The notes: generated by a model not told the origin, from the sequence alone. Counted from the first letter of the stretch, positions 1 through 10,806 are shown. The stretch is 64,000 nt of DNA from Candidatus Poribacteria bacterium (GCA_965222225.1 CBDCTK010000002.1:3712001-3776000), one strand, 5' to 3'. A program made the numbers and translations.

Positions 1-551
1 AGAGCGGGCAATTTGCCCTTCTCCGTCATTGCCCGCTCATGTGCCGCAAGCCCCTCGCGGTGACTGCCCGGAATCACGTTCATGCAGCCGTTCTCCTCAT
101 CGGCGTCGTCGAGCGCCATCCAGATACTTACCAGATTCGGAGGGACGCAACCCCAGTAGCCGTTGTCCTGATGCCAGTGCACCGCACCGCCGTGGTTCGC
201 GGGCTTGTAGAGGGCTTGGTCGAAGAAAACCTGGATATTCGGCCCAATCAGACTCTCGGCAATGGCGAGCAATGGCGAGTGATGCAGCAACTCCCGAAAG
301 ACTTCGTCGCGTTGCCACATTTGCTGTATCTGCAGCATCTCCTCAGAGCGGTCAGCTTCCGGATCGTCGACCGACTCACCGATCGTTGCGAGGTTGCGTA
401 GCCCTTCGCCGATTGTTCCGCGCTTCTGCGCAAATAGTGCATCGTAATGTTCTCGCACGGCTGCGAGGTGGTTATCGGCTAAAACGCGATGACTGATTTT
501 GAGATAACCTTCTCGTTGAAACTGTTCGACAGCTTGCCTGGTTAATTTCAC
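1..551 (-). CDS. Phytanoyl-CoA dioxygenase (PhyH) family Fe(II)/2OG oxygenase; C-terminus runs off the window
   Basis: Not in ORF track. Manual translation from GTG at 551 (GTGA overlap with trpC stop): MKLTRQAVEQFQREGYL...LYKPANHGGAVHWHQDNGYW...VSIWMALDDADEENGCMNVIPGSH. Confidence 0.88.
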   Translation of the reverse strand, partial: MKLTRQAVEQFQREGYLKISHRVLADNHLAAVREHYDALFAQKRGTIGEGLRNLATIGESVDDPEADRSEEMLQIQQMWQRDEVFRELLHHSPLLAIAESLIGPNIQVFFDQALYKPANHGGAVHWHQDNGYWGCVPPNLVSIWMALDDADEENGCMNVIPGSHREGLAAHERAMTEKGKLPA

Positions 552-1336
552 GATGCCTCCTCTAATCCGAGCAACTCCCGAACCTTCCCGCCGATATCTG
601 CGCTCCTCATCAGCGACTCGCCCACGAGAATTGCATCCACGTCCGCTGCGCGCAGTCTCATTACGTCCTCGCGAGTATAAATCCCGCTTTCGCTAACAAC
701 GATTCTGTCGCCGGGAATTGATTTCCGCAGGTCGAAGGATGTAGCAATATCAGTGTGGAAGGTTTTCAGGTCACGGTTGTTGATGCCGATAATCTCTGCG
801 CCAACGTCAAGGGCAATTTCCAATTCCACTTGGGTGTGCACTTCGACAAGGACGGCGAGATTGAGACGCCGCGCAATTCCGATGAATCCCCGCAACTGAT
901 CCGGCGCTAAGATTGCCACGATGAGCAGAACGGCATCCGCTCCCGCTGCTCGCGCTTGATAGATGTGGTATTCGTCGATTGTGAAATCCTTTCGCAATAG
1001 CGGCAGATCTACAGCGTTACGAATCTTGCTCAGGTAAGAGAGATCGCCGCCGAAGAACTCATGATCGGTGAGGACGGAAATCGCCGATGCACCGTTCTGC
1101 ACGTAGGTTTTGGCAATCTTAAGCGGATCAAAGTCCTCTCGGATAATCCCCTTGCTTGGCGATTTCCTCTTTACCTCTGCGATGAGGTTGACGGCACCCG
1201 GCGCCGCCAATGCAGCTCCGAAATCCCGCGTCGGCGATAAATCGGGAATTCGACTTTTCAGCGTTTGGAGCGGTGCTCGTTCCCTGTCCCGCTTGAGTTC
1301 TTCCCGTTTGTGCGCAACGATTGTATCTAGGATCAA
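548..1336 (-). CDS. trpC: Indole-3-glycerol phosphate synthase
   Basis: IAEVKRKSPSKG, ISVLTD, LRKDF, GINNRDL, VSESGI motifs. Confidence 0.97.
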   Translation of the reverse strand: MILDTIVAHKREELKRDRERAPLQTLKSRIPDLSPTRDFGAALAAPGAVNLIAEVKRKSPSKGIIREDFDPLKIAKTYVQNGASAISVLTDHEFFGGDLSYLSKIRNAVDLPLLRKDFTIDEYHIYQARAAGADAVLLIVAILAPDQLRGFIGIARRLNLAVLVEVHTQVELEIALDVGAEIIGINNRDLKTFHTDIATSFDLRKSIPGDRIVVSESGIYTREDVMRLRAADVDAILVGESLMRSADIGGKVRELLGLEEAS

Positions 1337-1360
1337 TGGTTTCTCCCACTGTTTTTCATC

Positions 1361-2371
1361 TTATGCATTCGACTTTGCTTTGAGCCCCTCTAATTTTTCT
1401 AACGCCTTCCCAGAATCAATCGACTCGCCAGCCAAGGTCAATCCCTCTTCCAAATCTCCCGCCTTGCCGCCGGCGACAATCGCCGCCGCTGCATTGAGCA
1501 CGACGATATCCCGCTTCGGTCCTCCCTCACCATTGAAAAGTCGCACAATCGTTACGGCGTTTTCCTCAGGTGTTCCACCGATGAGGTCCGCAGGCTGCGC
1601 CTTCGGAATTCCCAGTTCGGTCGGGTCAAGTGAGTAGGTCCTCACATCCCCATCAACGAACTCCGAAACCCGTGTGGTCGTCGTTGTTGTAATCTCGTCC
1701 AATCCATCGTTGCCATGCACAACGAAGGCATGCTTACTACCGAAACTCTTGAGCGCGTTCGCATGGGTTTCCGTGAGTTCCGGCGCGTAGACCCCGAGCA
1801 CCTGCGCGCGTGCACCCGCCGGGTTGGTCAACGGAGCAATCGTATTGAAGATGGTACGGAGTCCAATTTCTCGACGAGGCCCAATGGCATATTTCATCGC
1901 ACCGTGCAACATCGGCGCGAAAAGAAATCCAATGCCGACATCGTCAATACACTGACCGACGTGTTCCGACGTAATCTCGACATTTACACCGAGCGCCATC
2001 AATACATTCGCACTCCCACTCGTACGAGTCACTCCTTGATTGCCGTGTTTTGCCACCGGAACCCCCGCGCCCGCTACCACGAAGGCCGAAGTGGTTGAGA
2101 AATTGAACGAGTCCAAACGTGTACCGCCCGTACTACAGGTATCAACGACCAAAGCATGTTTGGTCATGACCGGTGTCGCCTTTGACCGCATGACGCGAGC
2201 AGCGCCGGTAATCTCCTCCAACGTTTCACCTTTCATCCGAAGTGCGGTGATAAAACTGGCGATTTGGGCATCCGTCGCCTCGCCCGACATAATTTCGTTC
2301 ATGGCATCAGTCATTTCAGTTTCGGTCAAATTTTGCCCGTCAACCACTTTCTGGATTGCTTCGCGAATCAT
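1361..2371 (-). CDS. trpD: Anthranilate phosphoribosyltransferase
   Basis: DTCSTGG, AKHGN, GLDE motifs; start moved to MIREAIQ (2371), downstream of a GAGGAGG SD. Confidence 0.96.
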   Translation of the reverse strand: MIREAIQKVVDGQNLTETEMTDAMNEIMSGEATDAQIASFITALRMKGETLEEITGAARVMRSKATPVMTKHALVVDTCSTGGTRLDSFNFSTTSAFVVAGAGVPVAKHGNQGVTRTSGSANVLMALGVNVEITSEHVGQCIDDVGIGFLFAPMLHGAMKYAIGPRREIGLRTIFNTIAPLTNPAGARAQVLGVYAPELTETHANALKSFGSKHAFVVHGNDGLDEITTTTTTRVSEFVDGDVRTYSLDPTELGIPKAQPADLIGGTPEENAVTIVRLFNGEGGPKRDIVVLNAAAAIVAGGKAGDLEEGLTLAGESIDSGKALEKLEGLKAKSNA

Positions 2372-2521
2372 CTTGGAATTCCTCCTCACGTTTCGGGGCG
2401 CTTTATCCTTCACCTGATTGGCGTCGGTTGTTTCAAGCAAGCGCGTAATGCCTTAATCTTGGGCTGGATAGCTTTTTTCGTTCTTCGAGAATCGGGAATA
2501 AACCTCTCATCTATAGCCGTT

Positions 2522-2550
2522 ATTATAACCCGCGCGCATAGGGCGATCAA
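2522..2550 (-). promoter_or_regulatory. Sigma70-type promoter for trpDC
   Basis: TTGATC-17 bp-TATAAT on the minus strand. Confidence 0.6.
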
Positions 2551-2693
2551 GAGCATTTTGAGAACCAAAGAACAGGTTGAAGTTGCACACTCGGTCTGGG
2601 ATTGTCTTGCACCCGGTGCGCACAATTGCGCTTGGGTTGAAGGATATGCTATCATTTCGATGAACTCATGCCTAAACGTGTGACATTCAATTT

Positions 2694-3629
2694 ATGAAAA
2701 TCATTGAAAACATCCCCTATTTCACCATTATCGCGTTCGGCTCGTTCGTGCGTCGCTTGCCGAGGAAATTGGCAACGCTTCTCGGCAGCATGATTGGTCG
2801 ATTTCTGTATCGGGCACTTAAAAGACGCCGTCAAATTGCTTTAGAGAACCTGAACATCGCGTTTGGAAATGACTTGTCAAACCTCGAACGCCAAGAGATA
2901 TGCCGGCAGAGTTTCGCCAATGTCGGCAAAACAGCAATCGAATTTCTGCGTTTTCCAAAACTGACTCGTGAAAATATTTGGCGAGAGGTAACTGTAACAG
3001 GCACGGAACACCTCGCGCACTCGCTAAATGAAGGGCGAGGCGCGGTTGTCTTCCTTCCGCATTTCGGTAATTGGGAACTTCTCGCGTTGGTTTACGGTGT
3101 CATCATCCCGGATCAGGCAAAAGCGCTTGCCTTCCCCCTCAAAAATCAATGGCTTAACGCGTTGGTTTGGAAGTATAGGGAACATCTGAGTTTGAAGTTA
3201 ATCCCTCGCCAACAAGCGGTAAGAGAAACGCTCCGGGCCTTGAGAGCCAACTATGTTGTCGGTTTCTTCGCGGATCAGGATGCCGGACGAGAGGGTGTAT
3301 TTGTGAATTTCTTTGGACGTCCCGCCTCTGCCGTCCGAGGTCCTGTTACTTTTGCCCTCAAAACAGGGGCGCCACTACATTTCTCTCTAAATATCCGGCA
3401 GCCCGATGATCGACACCATGTGCATATCTCGTCACAAATTACCCTTGAGCAGTCCGATAATTTTGAACAGGATGTTCAGACGAATACTGCGCGGTTGATG
3501 AAGTGTCTTGAGGAATACATCCGTCAATATCCGGCTCAATGGCTTTGGATGCACAATCGATGGAAAACTTTGCCGGATTCGGGTTGGCAGACGAAGCGCC
3601 AACAGCGCGACCCCTTGGAGAGGCATTGA
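2694..3629 (+). CDS. LpxL/HtrB-family (lipid A / lysophospholipid) acyltransferase
   Basis: PHFGNWELL, FADQD, FVNFFG, QWLWMHNRWKT motifs. Confidence 0.9.
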   Translation: MKIIENIPYFTIIAFGSFVRRLPRKLATLLGSMIGRFLYRALKRRRQIALENLNIAFGNDLSNLERQEICRQSFANVGKTAIEFLRFPKLTRENIWREVTVTGTEHLAHSLNEGRGAVVFLPHFGNWELLALVYGVIIPDQAKALAFPLKNQWLNALVWKYREHLSLKLIPRQQAVRETLRALRANYVVGFFADQDAGREGVFVNFFGRPASAVRGPVTFALKTGAPLHFSLNIRQPDDRHHVHISSQITLEQSDNFEQDVQTNTARLMKCLEEYIRQYPAQWLWMHNRWKTLPDSGWQTKRQQRDPLERH

Positions 3630-3641
3630 CGGCTATTTCAG

Positions 3642-3670
3642 TTGCGAGGTCTATCAGGTCATGTTATAAT
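3642..3670 (+). promoter_or_regulatory. Sigma70-type promoter for the S41 protease
   Basis: TTGCGA-17 bp-TATAAT with extended TG. Confidence 0.55.
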
Positions 3671-3879
3671 TACTTGCCCATCGCAGGAAAATTCAGTATG
3701 TGTGTTCATAATCGGATTTCCCAATGTGTGGATGTTCTGCTGTATGATTTGAAGAATTCCGATTCAGAATGCACTCAATATTGGGTACCCAGTTACTGAT
3801 TTCTCTCCATCAAAAGGGGAAATCTTTCTGGAGCAATTATTCAAGATACATAGCACTATCACAATATGAAGGAGTTATC

Positions 3880-5352
3880 ATGATTTATCCAAGTAGGAAA
3901 CATGTCTTACCTATCATTTTTTTGACATCTATTGTGGTAGTATCGCTGCGATTTGTGCCCGTGGCTGGCGAAGATGCGTTAAGCAATCGAGACAAACGCA
4001 TCACCAGTCCGATGTTTTACAAAGCCATTGTGGAGGCGGTCAAAAAGGCTGATGAATATTACTATCGGGAAATAGATCGAAAAAAGATGTATGAGGGCGC
4101 CATCAAAGGAGCGCTCGCCGCACTGGGAGACCCCTACACCTACTATTTACCTGAGAGAGTGCAAAAACGGGAAAAGGAAGATCTTTACCACAGCAAATTT
4201 GGAGGACTGGGGATACGAATATACGTCGATAAAGGTTTCATAAAAATTGCCAGACCATTGCCCGACTCTCCCGCCATCAAAGCGGGATTGCAGGCTGGAG
4301 ATTACATTGTCAAAGTCGACGACGTGCGAATTGACATTGGCGGGCCTGGGGGACAGACACGTGACGACGTAATTGACATCTTGCGGGGACGTGTAGGGAC
4401 AACGGTTACAATCACCGTACAACGCCGCGGGCTACAGGAATCATTTGATGTAACCCTCACACGAGAGGAAATTTTGCCCCAAAGCGTCAAAAAGGAAATG
4501 CTGGAAAACCAGATTGGTTATATTCAATTAGACAGTTTTACCGGAAGAACTAACGCCGAGTTCAAGAAGGCTATAACGGAGTTGCAAGAAGAAGAAATGA
4601 TGGCGCTCATTCTGGATCTGAGAAACAACGCAGGCGGACTGCTCGAGCAAGCCAATTATGTCGTAGACGCATTTATTTCCGATGGGCCCATCGTCTCGAC
4701 AAGGGGGCGGGGACATCGATTCAATCAACAATACCCCGCGCACAGCGGTCTACTTTGTCCCCCTGACATTCCGCTCGTGGTAATGGTTAACGAGTATAGC
4801 GCCAGTGGTTCCGAGATTGTTGCCGGGGCAATCAAAGATACCAAACGCGGGGTGCTGGTCGGCACCGACACGTTCGGGAAAGGGCTTGTCCAACAACGGT
4901 TCCCACTGAAAAATGGCGGTGGTTCTATTTCACTAACAATCTCGGAATATTTCACGCCGAGCGGGGCTACAATTCACACGAAAAGTATCGCGCCGCACGT
5001 GGTTGTCGAAAACCGGACAACTGAAGTAGTACATGTTGATAAATCTATCAAGGATTTCGTAGAGAAGTGGATTGAAGAGGAGGAGAAAAGCGCGGGAAAA
5101 ACCCTTACAGAGGCCGACTTTATGGCGCTTGAAGCAGAACTTCCCGACCTGATTACGTCCCTGGGACAAGAATTTGTGGCAAACCTGCAGAAATCGGTCC
5201 GGCTTAAAGCGAGTACGATTTTCGACGTTAACCTCGGAATCTACAACCTTGTAGATTTGCCAAACGACAAACAGTTGGCGGAAGCGATTCGCATACTCAA
5301 CGAAGGTGAAGTCGAAAGCATTCTAGCTGCAGCCCCAACGGCAAATTTGTAA
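3880..5352 (+). CDS. ctpA: S41 carboxy-terminal processing protease (PDZ + peptidase)
   Basis: LGDPYT, FGGLGI, LDLRNNAGG, SASGSEIVAGA, TFGKG; N-terminal signal/TM; GGAG SD before ATG 3880. Confidence 0.93.
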   Translation: MIYPSRKHVLPIIFLTSIVVVSLRFVPVAGEDALSNRDKRITSPMFYKAIVEAVKKADEYYYREIDRKKMYEGAIKGALAALGDPYTYYLPERVQKREKEDLYHSKFGGLGIRIYVDKGFIKIARPLPDSPAIKAGLQAGDYIVKVDDVRIDIGGPGGQTRDDVIDILRGRVGTTVTITVQRRGLQESFDVTLTREEILPQSVKKEMLENQIGYIQLDSFTGRTNAEFKKAITELQEEEMMALILDLRNNAGGLLEQANYVVDAFISDGPIVSTRGRGHRFNQQYPAHSGLLCPPDIPLVVMVNEYSASGSEIVAGAIKDTKRGVLVGTDTFGKGLVQQRFPLKNGGGSISLTISEYFTPSGATIHTKSIAPHVVVENRTTEVVHVDKSIKDFVEKWIEEEEKSAGKTLTEADFMALEAELPDLITSLGQEFVANLQKSVRLKASTIFDVNLGIYNLVDLPNDKQLAEAIRILNEGEVESILAAAPTANL

Positions 5353-5528
5353 ATTGACGCCCGGTTCGATTTCGAACGAAGGTCTATCCGGCAATCTCTA
5401 ATGGCAATCGCTTTTTAGGGATGATTTGGATGTGTGGGGGGCGGAACCGAGCACAGGAAGAAAGTGAATTTGATGGGTCGGCACTGTAGACGTTGCACAA
5501 AAGGGGAAGGAACTTTCAACAAGAGGCA

Positions 5529-5882
5529 TTAGCCCCAAGGTGGACGGCGCCCGCTCAAATCTTCGATATAGTCCGCTGTATCCCGAAGTTCCCGCGCGTG
5601 ATGTGCCTTCGCTTTTTTCGAAGCAGCATCTTCAGTTTGATAGTCAAGTCGCCATGTCCCTTTCTTGAGCCGCGTGAGCACAAACTCGCCCTCCGTACGC
5701 GCGTTCACATATCTGAGTAAATCGTGTAAGATCCAATAAACATCCGACGCGGAATATCTTAGCGGATTGGATTTGGATTCCCGACCAACATACTCCAGCG
5801 CTATCTTAACAAACTCGGTAACTTCCGGCACCGTATAAGTGCCGTTGGAATCCAACTGAATTCTATCCATTACTGTGACCAC
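5529..5882 (-). CDS. Hypothetical protein
   Basis: 117-aa ORF 12 bp downstream of xdhC on the same strand; globular composition. Confidence 0.6.
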   Translation of the reverse strand: MVTVMDRIQLDSNGTYTVPEVTEFVKIALEYVGRESKSNPLRYSASDVYWILHDLLRYVNARTEGEFVLTRLKKGTWRLDYQTEDAASKKAKAHHARELRDTADYIEDLSGRRPPWG

Positions 5883-5894
5883 GTGGCGACGGGA

Positions 5895-7007
5895 CTATTG
5901 ATTATTCAATTTAACTGTGGGCATTCGCGCCGGTTGCGCGTCAAACCGAATCTCCGGCTTTGCGCAATTGCGCACTTGAATCAATTGAGCAACGATACTC
6001 ACAGCGATTTCGGGAACAGTTTTTGAATTTATATCCAAACCAATAGGGGCGTAAACCCTAGCGAGATTATCTTCCGAAATACCAAACTCCATTAAATCGT
6101 CCAGAATCAGTTTAATCTTTCGGCGACTACCTATTAAGCCGACGAAACGGGCGTTGGATTCAACAACGCTGTGGAGCGCCTCCTCATCATGCTGATGTCC
6201 TCTGGTAACAATGACGACGTAAGTCAGATGATTGATAGGATATTTCCGCAACGCCTCGGCAATGTCACCGATGATAATCTCTTTTGCTTCCGGCAAGCGC
6301 TCCGTTGACGCGAAATCGGGGCGATCATCAACAATGGCGATGTCAAAGTCCAACCAATCGCCAAGGTGACAAAGCGCTTGTCCGACATGACCTGCACCGG
6401 CGATGAGAAGCGTTGGCCGCGGTTGTACCGGGTCAAGATAAACCCACACATCGTCGTCTTTCCAGCGAAACACGCCCGGCGAATTCTCCTCCAACACCTT
6501 GCCGAGTTCGCCTTCGATTTCCGACTCCAATTCCCCGTTCCCCAACGAACCAATTCGCTCACTATTCACGGCACGGATCATTTTCATGCCGGCTTGGACA
6601 TCTTCCACTTCACTTTTCACAACTGTTGCGACAACGAGTGGCACTTTCTCGTCGTTCAATTCCTGTAAACGGGCAAACATCACAGCTTCATCTTTGGTTT
6701 TCGGAAGATCTATGAATATCTTCATGTTGCCGCCGCAAATGAGACCGTCATCCCAACCGTAGTCACTATCCAACTGGAAATTAAGCAGACGTGGAACACC
6801 TCCCTGCATCAAACCGATCGCCTGTCGGCGTGCTTCCGCTTCCACACACCCGCCCCCGAGCGTCCCAACGTTGCGCAGATCCGGTAAGATGAGCAGCTTG
6901 GCACCGGGCTTTTGCGGTGTTGACCCCTTTGTCTCGACGACCGTGCAGTACGCCCCCACCTGTTGTGCTTCAATGAGGTTTAGGATTTTCGTATAGATAT
7001 CTCTCAT
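5895..7007 (-). CDS. xdhC: XdhC/CoxI family molybdoenzyme accessory protein
   Basis: GSTPQKPGAK, GTLGGGCVE, CGG, GAGHVG, VTRGH, GLIGSRRK, APIGLDI motifs. Confidence 0.92.
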   Translation of the reverse strand: MRDIYTKILNLIEAQQVGAYCTVVETKGSTPQKPGAKLLILPDLRNVGTLGGGCVEAEARRQAIGLMQGGVPRLLNFQLDSDYGWDDGLICGGNMKIFIDLPKTKDEAVMFARLQELNDEKVPLVVATVVKSEVEDVQAGMKMIRAVNSERIGSLGNGELESEIEGELGKVLEENSPGVFRWKDDDVWVYLDPVQPRPTLLIAGAGHVGQALCHLGDWLDFDIAIVDDRPDFASTERLPEAKEIIIGDIAEALRKYPINHLTYVVIVTRGHQHDEEALHSVVESNARFVGLIGSRRKIKLILDDLMEFGISEDNLARVYAPIGLDINSKTVPEIAVSIVAQLIQVRNCAKPEIRFDAQPARMPTVKLNNQ

Positions 7008-7930
7008 TCCCTCAATCCCCGTACATAATTTCGCATCTTCGCTTGTTGGTTGGTAACGCTTCTTGACACCAACTGAGTAAATTGCCGCTGTTGTTTGTCG
7101 GTCAATTCCAATTTGATAATCTCTTCTACCCCGCAGCTTCCAATTTTAGCGGGGACGCTCAAATAAACCGATGAAGCGCTCGCCCGAATCAGCGTGCTCA
7201 CACTGATTAATTTCTTTTTGTCTAACCCAATCGCATCGACAATTTGCCGGAGACACGCTAAAAGACTGTAGGAACAATCTGCCTGTGTCGGCGCCCTGTG
7301 CCGTTCATTTGTGCCTGCGGTGAGATCATGAATCTTTGTGTCGCCGAGAAGTTGGTCAATGGGAATACCACTAATGCGACAATACTGGGGTAGAACTAGA
7401 ACTTTCTCGTCATTTCCTACTACCAGTGCAGCGACGTCCGTAGCCGAAACGCGAAAATGATTGGCGATTTGATGTTTCAAGTAGGCGCTTGCCCGAATAC
7501 TTGAAAGTCCAATTACTTGCCCCGGTTCCGATTCCAGTTCTTGGTGTATCAGGTGCGCCAGAAAATTCGCCGGCGGCATCGCAACGAGAATTCGCGTCTG
7601 TGGGGCGTGTTGTTTGAGATACTTGGCAGAATCGCGCGCAAATGCCAGATTGGCATTTCGGTTAGTCTGCCCTGAATAGACGGTAGCGCGGGAAGAAGGG
7701 GAAAGCAAAATCGCCACTTCAGAATCAGAAAGTGCAGCAAAAGTGCGAGAAACTGAAATAGTTGCGTCATGTCCTCCAATAGCCAATGACGCTTCCAATT
7801 CCTGTGCAGCCCCGCGAGGTAACCCCCGAATCACATCAACGAGCACGACCTCCGAAACGACATCGGATTTACAGATCTCGGAGGCAACAGCAAGTGTTGA
7901 ATCACCTTGACCAAGAATACTTACTTTCAT
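7004..7930 (-). CDS. Malate/lactate dehydrogenase-fold protein with degenerate catalytic motifs
   Basis: MKVSILG..VVLVD N-terminus, VIG, LSVPAKIG.CGVEEIIKLELT C-terminus; canonical GxGxxG, NPxD, LDxxR and GxHG are absent. Confidence 0.75.
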   Translation of the reverse strand: MKVSILGQGDSTLAVASEICKSDVVSEVVLVDVIRGLPRGAAQELEASLAIGGHDATISVSRTFAALSDSEVAILLSPSSRATVYSGQTNRNANLAFARDSAKYLKQHAPQTRILVAMPPANFLAHLIHQELESEPGQVIGLSSIRASAYLKHQIANHFRVSATDVAALVVGNDEKVLVLPQYCRISGIPIDQLLGDTKIHDLTAGTNERHRAPTQADCSYSLLACLRQIVDAIGLDKKKLISVSTLIRASASSVYLSVPAKIGSCGVEEIIKLELTDKQQRQFTQLVSRSVTNQQAKMRNYVRGLRE

Positions 7931-7962
7931 GTCGATTAGGAGGCAGCATTACCAAATAAAAC

Positions 7963-10806
7963 TTACAAGATAGTATCTATGACGCCTTGGAACTGTTGCT
8001 CAAGTACTTTCCTCTGGTGGTCCATCTCAGATTGGGACGAAATTTTTGTTTCGAGGAGTTGATCGTATCTTTCGACGTACTCCAACAAGGACTCCACTTC
8101 CTTGTCATAACAAACTACTGTCGAAAGCACCTTTTCCTTAATCAATGTGGGGAGTTCATCCGCTGTAATTTGGGTGAGTTCCCAGCGCCATAGCTTTTCA
8201 GAGATATAATTTTCGAATCGCTTCAAAACATCGCCCTTATAGCCCGCGTCCTGAAGGTTCTTCAATTCTTGAACCAGATCCAATGCGACATCAAACGTAG
8301 CCGCTGTATCACCGTTCTCTGAGGCAGAAGATGAAGTCTTTCTCAGATTCATCAAGAAACGACCCGTGGTGGAGATAGGCAACTGGTACTCAAGCAAGAA
8401 TGCTCTCAGATTTGGATAATCATCAACCGATTTGGCGTTTTCCAGCCATGTCTTCTCAATGGGCGGCAGTTCCTGTAAATCGAAGTTCATCACCTGATGC
8501 CGCCTAATTTGGTCTAGTTCGGAAGATTGGGAATCGATGCCTGCCTCAACCAGGATCGGAGCCGCATTTGTATACGGTGTGAGAAATTCGATAAGCTCAG
8601 CGACCTTTGGCTTCTCCTCCTCAATCCAACCCAGAGTTTCCGCCACGGACTCGGACAATGCTCCCTTAGCTTTAGCTTGTCCCTTTTTCTTACCGCTGTG
8701 ATTCTTTTGGGTTTTAGGGCTTGCAATCCGCAAAGCGCGTTTGTCTAAAGTTCGCTGATATTCTAAAAGCTCCTCCCGTAGCAAGCAGAACAGAGTATCC
8801 CCATGAATTTCCAATATTGAGGGCGTTGTCATCTCGCGTAGTCCCCGTCCACTCTTTGATAGAAGGGCACGATCGAGATTTCGTTTCAGACCGTTGAGGT
8901 CCTTCTCGTCACGTATGATGATTTGGCCGCTCAAAACCAAATCAATCAACCGTTTTGCTTCTAGCGGAATACTAAGATTAATGTCGCATAGAGGGCGGAA
9001 GTTCTGGATAATCTGTTCTCTAATTTTTCCATCTGTCAGTATCATCCATAACGTTGCATAATGTTGGTCAAGTGAACTCCGCTCCTTTGGTGAATTCAAA
9101 ATCCAGCGCTTAATGACAGGGAAGTTATCTTTGAGTCGATTAACGACGTGCCGGAATTCCTCATCCGGAATTTCAAATCCGCTGAATTGGATATCTTTTT
9201 CTCTTGACGCTCGGCGCAACCTACCGCTTGATGCCGATTGTTTCGGCATTATTAAGGGATCTACCAAAGGCTGAATAACGGTTTCAAACTGCTGACGGTA
9301 CCGACTCGCGAAGTTAGCGATTTGTAATAGTTCTAGCCAGAGGGTTCGTAGGCGCTCAATTTGCTTAGGATGCACCGAGGCATTCAGAGCGAAACGATGG
9401 AGGCGTTCACGTACTGTTTTCTTTGTCCATGAAGGCAAATGGACTTCGTCAACCAACTCCCCGTTCTCAAGTATAAAGGCTTCTATCGTATGAACATAAC
9501 CGGACTCTATGAAGTACCTCTCGAACAGAAGGTTGTAGAGTATGCCTGTCGCCCGGTCTAACACCTGATTCGCTAGTTTATATCCCGACAAAATGATGCT
9601 TTTGAGTGTAGTCTGACGCAAGTCGTAGATTTGCCATGACTCAATCATCGGGTCAATGATATTCCGGAGTTCATCCTGTTTTGCATCTGCTATTTCCGAA
9701 TCAAAATGTTCGTCGACGTATTCACCGAAGAATTTAGCAAACTCAAGCATCCGATTTCGTAGATCGTGATTGACAAGTTCATCCCAGACTTTATCATGAA
9801 CACGCTGCCCCGGTTGGAGAACAAAGGCTTGGAGTCGAGTCTCAATGCGTTGTTGAAACGCGGACATTAGTTGGAATGCTTGTTGACTTGCTTTTGACAC
9901 ATAGCCATCAATCATTGACGAACATTCGGTGATAGCTTCGTCTATCTGCTCGGATGTTCCGTCAAGGGCGATTGGGGCAAACTGGATAACATCCTGCTCC
10001 AGCGGGTCGTAGACTGCCGCTGTCGGCAAAATCTGGATCCTAGATGCATCTTCTGCCGATCTTAAAGGAGATATGCTTGATACAATGTCGTCTTGCTCGG
10101 AACCTCCGCGTAAATGCGCATCAAGCGTCAGACAGTAACGGATATCAACAAGATCGGGGTAACGTCGAGCGTGTGTGCGAAACACAACTAGGAGCGCATC
10201 GCAGTCGGTCGCGGCAATTGATTCGAACAATTCATCCTCGTTTAGATGTACCTGATGAATGTTCGTTTGTTCAGGGACAATGACTTTTGCCGTAGTTGAG
10301 GCCCCGTCGGCGGAATTTGTGAGGATGTAGCTTCCGGTTTTGGCAGAACTTGGTACTGCCAGCTCAACCTTCAAAACCTCTTGAGATAACTCGGACAACG
10401 TCAGCGACTTACCTAGGTGCTGAACCGTAATATCTGTCAGCACACCATCGGCGAAATCCACGACTTGGCGGGCATTACGTTCCAACTCCTGTACACTTTT
10501 CCGAACGCGCTCGTAATCGTCACTTGTCTCCGCAGCGATTTTTGCCTCGTCAACCCAAGATGCCCATGCTCCGGGGCGTCCCTTCATTTTTAGTCTGAGT
10601 TTGCCATCTTCGGAGTCGAAACCGGGAAGAATTTGCGATTCTGATGAATTCTTGGGCGTCCATACAAGTAGATATTTATCCGTTTTGGCGCCGAGTCCCA
10701 CGCCGAACGTATCTCCCCAATCCATCCGACATTCGACGCTTGATTTAATCTTGTCAGTTAAAGCGAAAAGTGAGTCAGAACGGAAATTAAGCGATAGGTC
10801 TTGCAT
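7963..10806 (-). CDS. Large hypothetical, largely alpha-helical protein (947 aa)
   Basis: Long uninterrupted ORF; no motif recognised. Confidence 0.75.
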   Translation of the reverse strand: MQDLSLNFRSDSLFALTDKIKSSVECRMDWGDTFGVGLGAKTDKYLLVWTPKNSSESQILPGFDSEDGKLRLKMKGRPGAWASWVDEAKIAAETSDDYERVRKSVQELERNARQVVDFADGVLTDITVQHLGKSLTLSELSQEVLKVELAVPSSAKTGSYILTNSADGASTTAKVIVPEQTNIHQVHLNEDELFESIAATDCDALLVVFRTHARRYPDLVDIRYCLTLDAHLRGGSEQDDIVSSISPLRSAEDASRIQILPTAAVYDPLEQDVIQFAPIALDGTSEQIDEAITECSSMIDGYVSKASQQAFQLMSAFQQRIETRLQAFVLQPGQRVHDKVWDELVNHDLRNRMLEFAKFFGEYVDEHFDSEIADAKQDELRNIIDPMIESWQIYDLRQTTLKSIILSGYKLANQVLDRATGILYNLLFERYFIESGYVHTIEAFILENGELVDEVHLPSWTKKTVRERLHRFALNASVHPKQIERLRTLWLELLQIANFASRYRQQFETVIQPLVDPLIMPKQSASSGRLRRASREKDIQFSGFEIPDEEFRHVVNRLKDNFPVIKRWILNSPKERSSLDQHYATLWMILTDGKIREQIIQNFRPLCDINLSIPLEAKRLIDLVLSGQIIIRDEKDLNGLKRNLDRALLSKSGRGLREMTTPSILEIHGDTLFCLLREELLEYQRTLDKRALRIASPKTQKNHSGKKKGQAKAKGALSESVAETLGWIEEEKPKVAELIEFLTPYTNAAPILVEAGIDSQSSELDQIRRHQVMNFDLQELPPIEKTWLENAKSVDDYPNLRAFLLEYQLPISTTGRFLMNLRKTSSSASENGDTAATFDVALDLVQELKNLQDAGYKGDVLKRFENYISEKLWRWELTQITADELPTLIKEKVLSTVVCYDKEVESLLEYVERYDQLLETKISSQSEMDHQRKVLEQQFQGVIDTIL

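Noticed and set aside
29-496. Plus-strand ORFs 29-496 and 39-401
   Set aside because: Antisense shadows of the minus-strand PhyH gene.
2372-2655. trp attenuator leader peptide
   Set aside because: No Trp-rich peptide or terminator found between the promoter and trpD.
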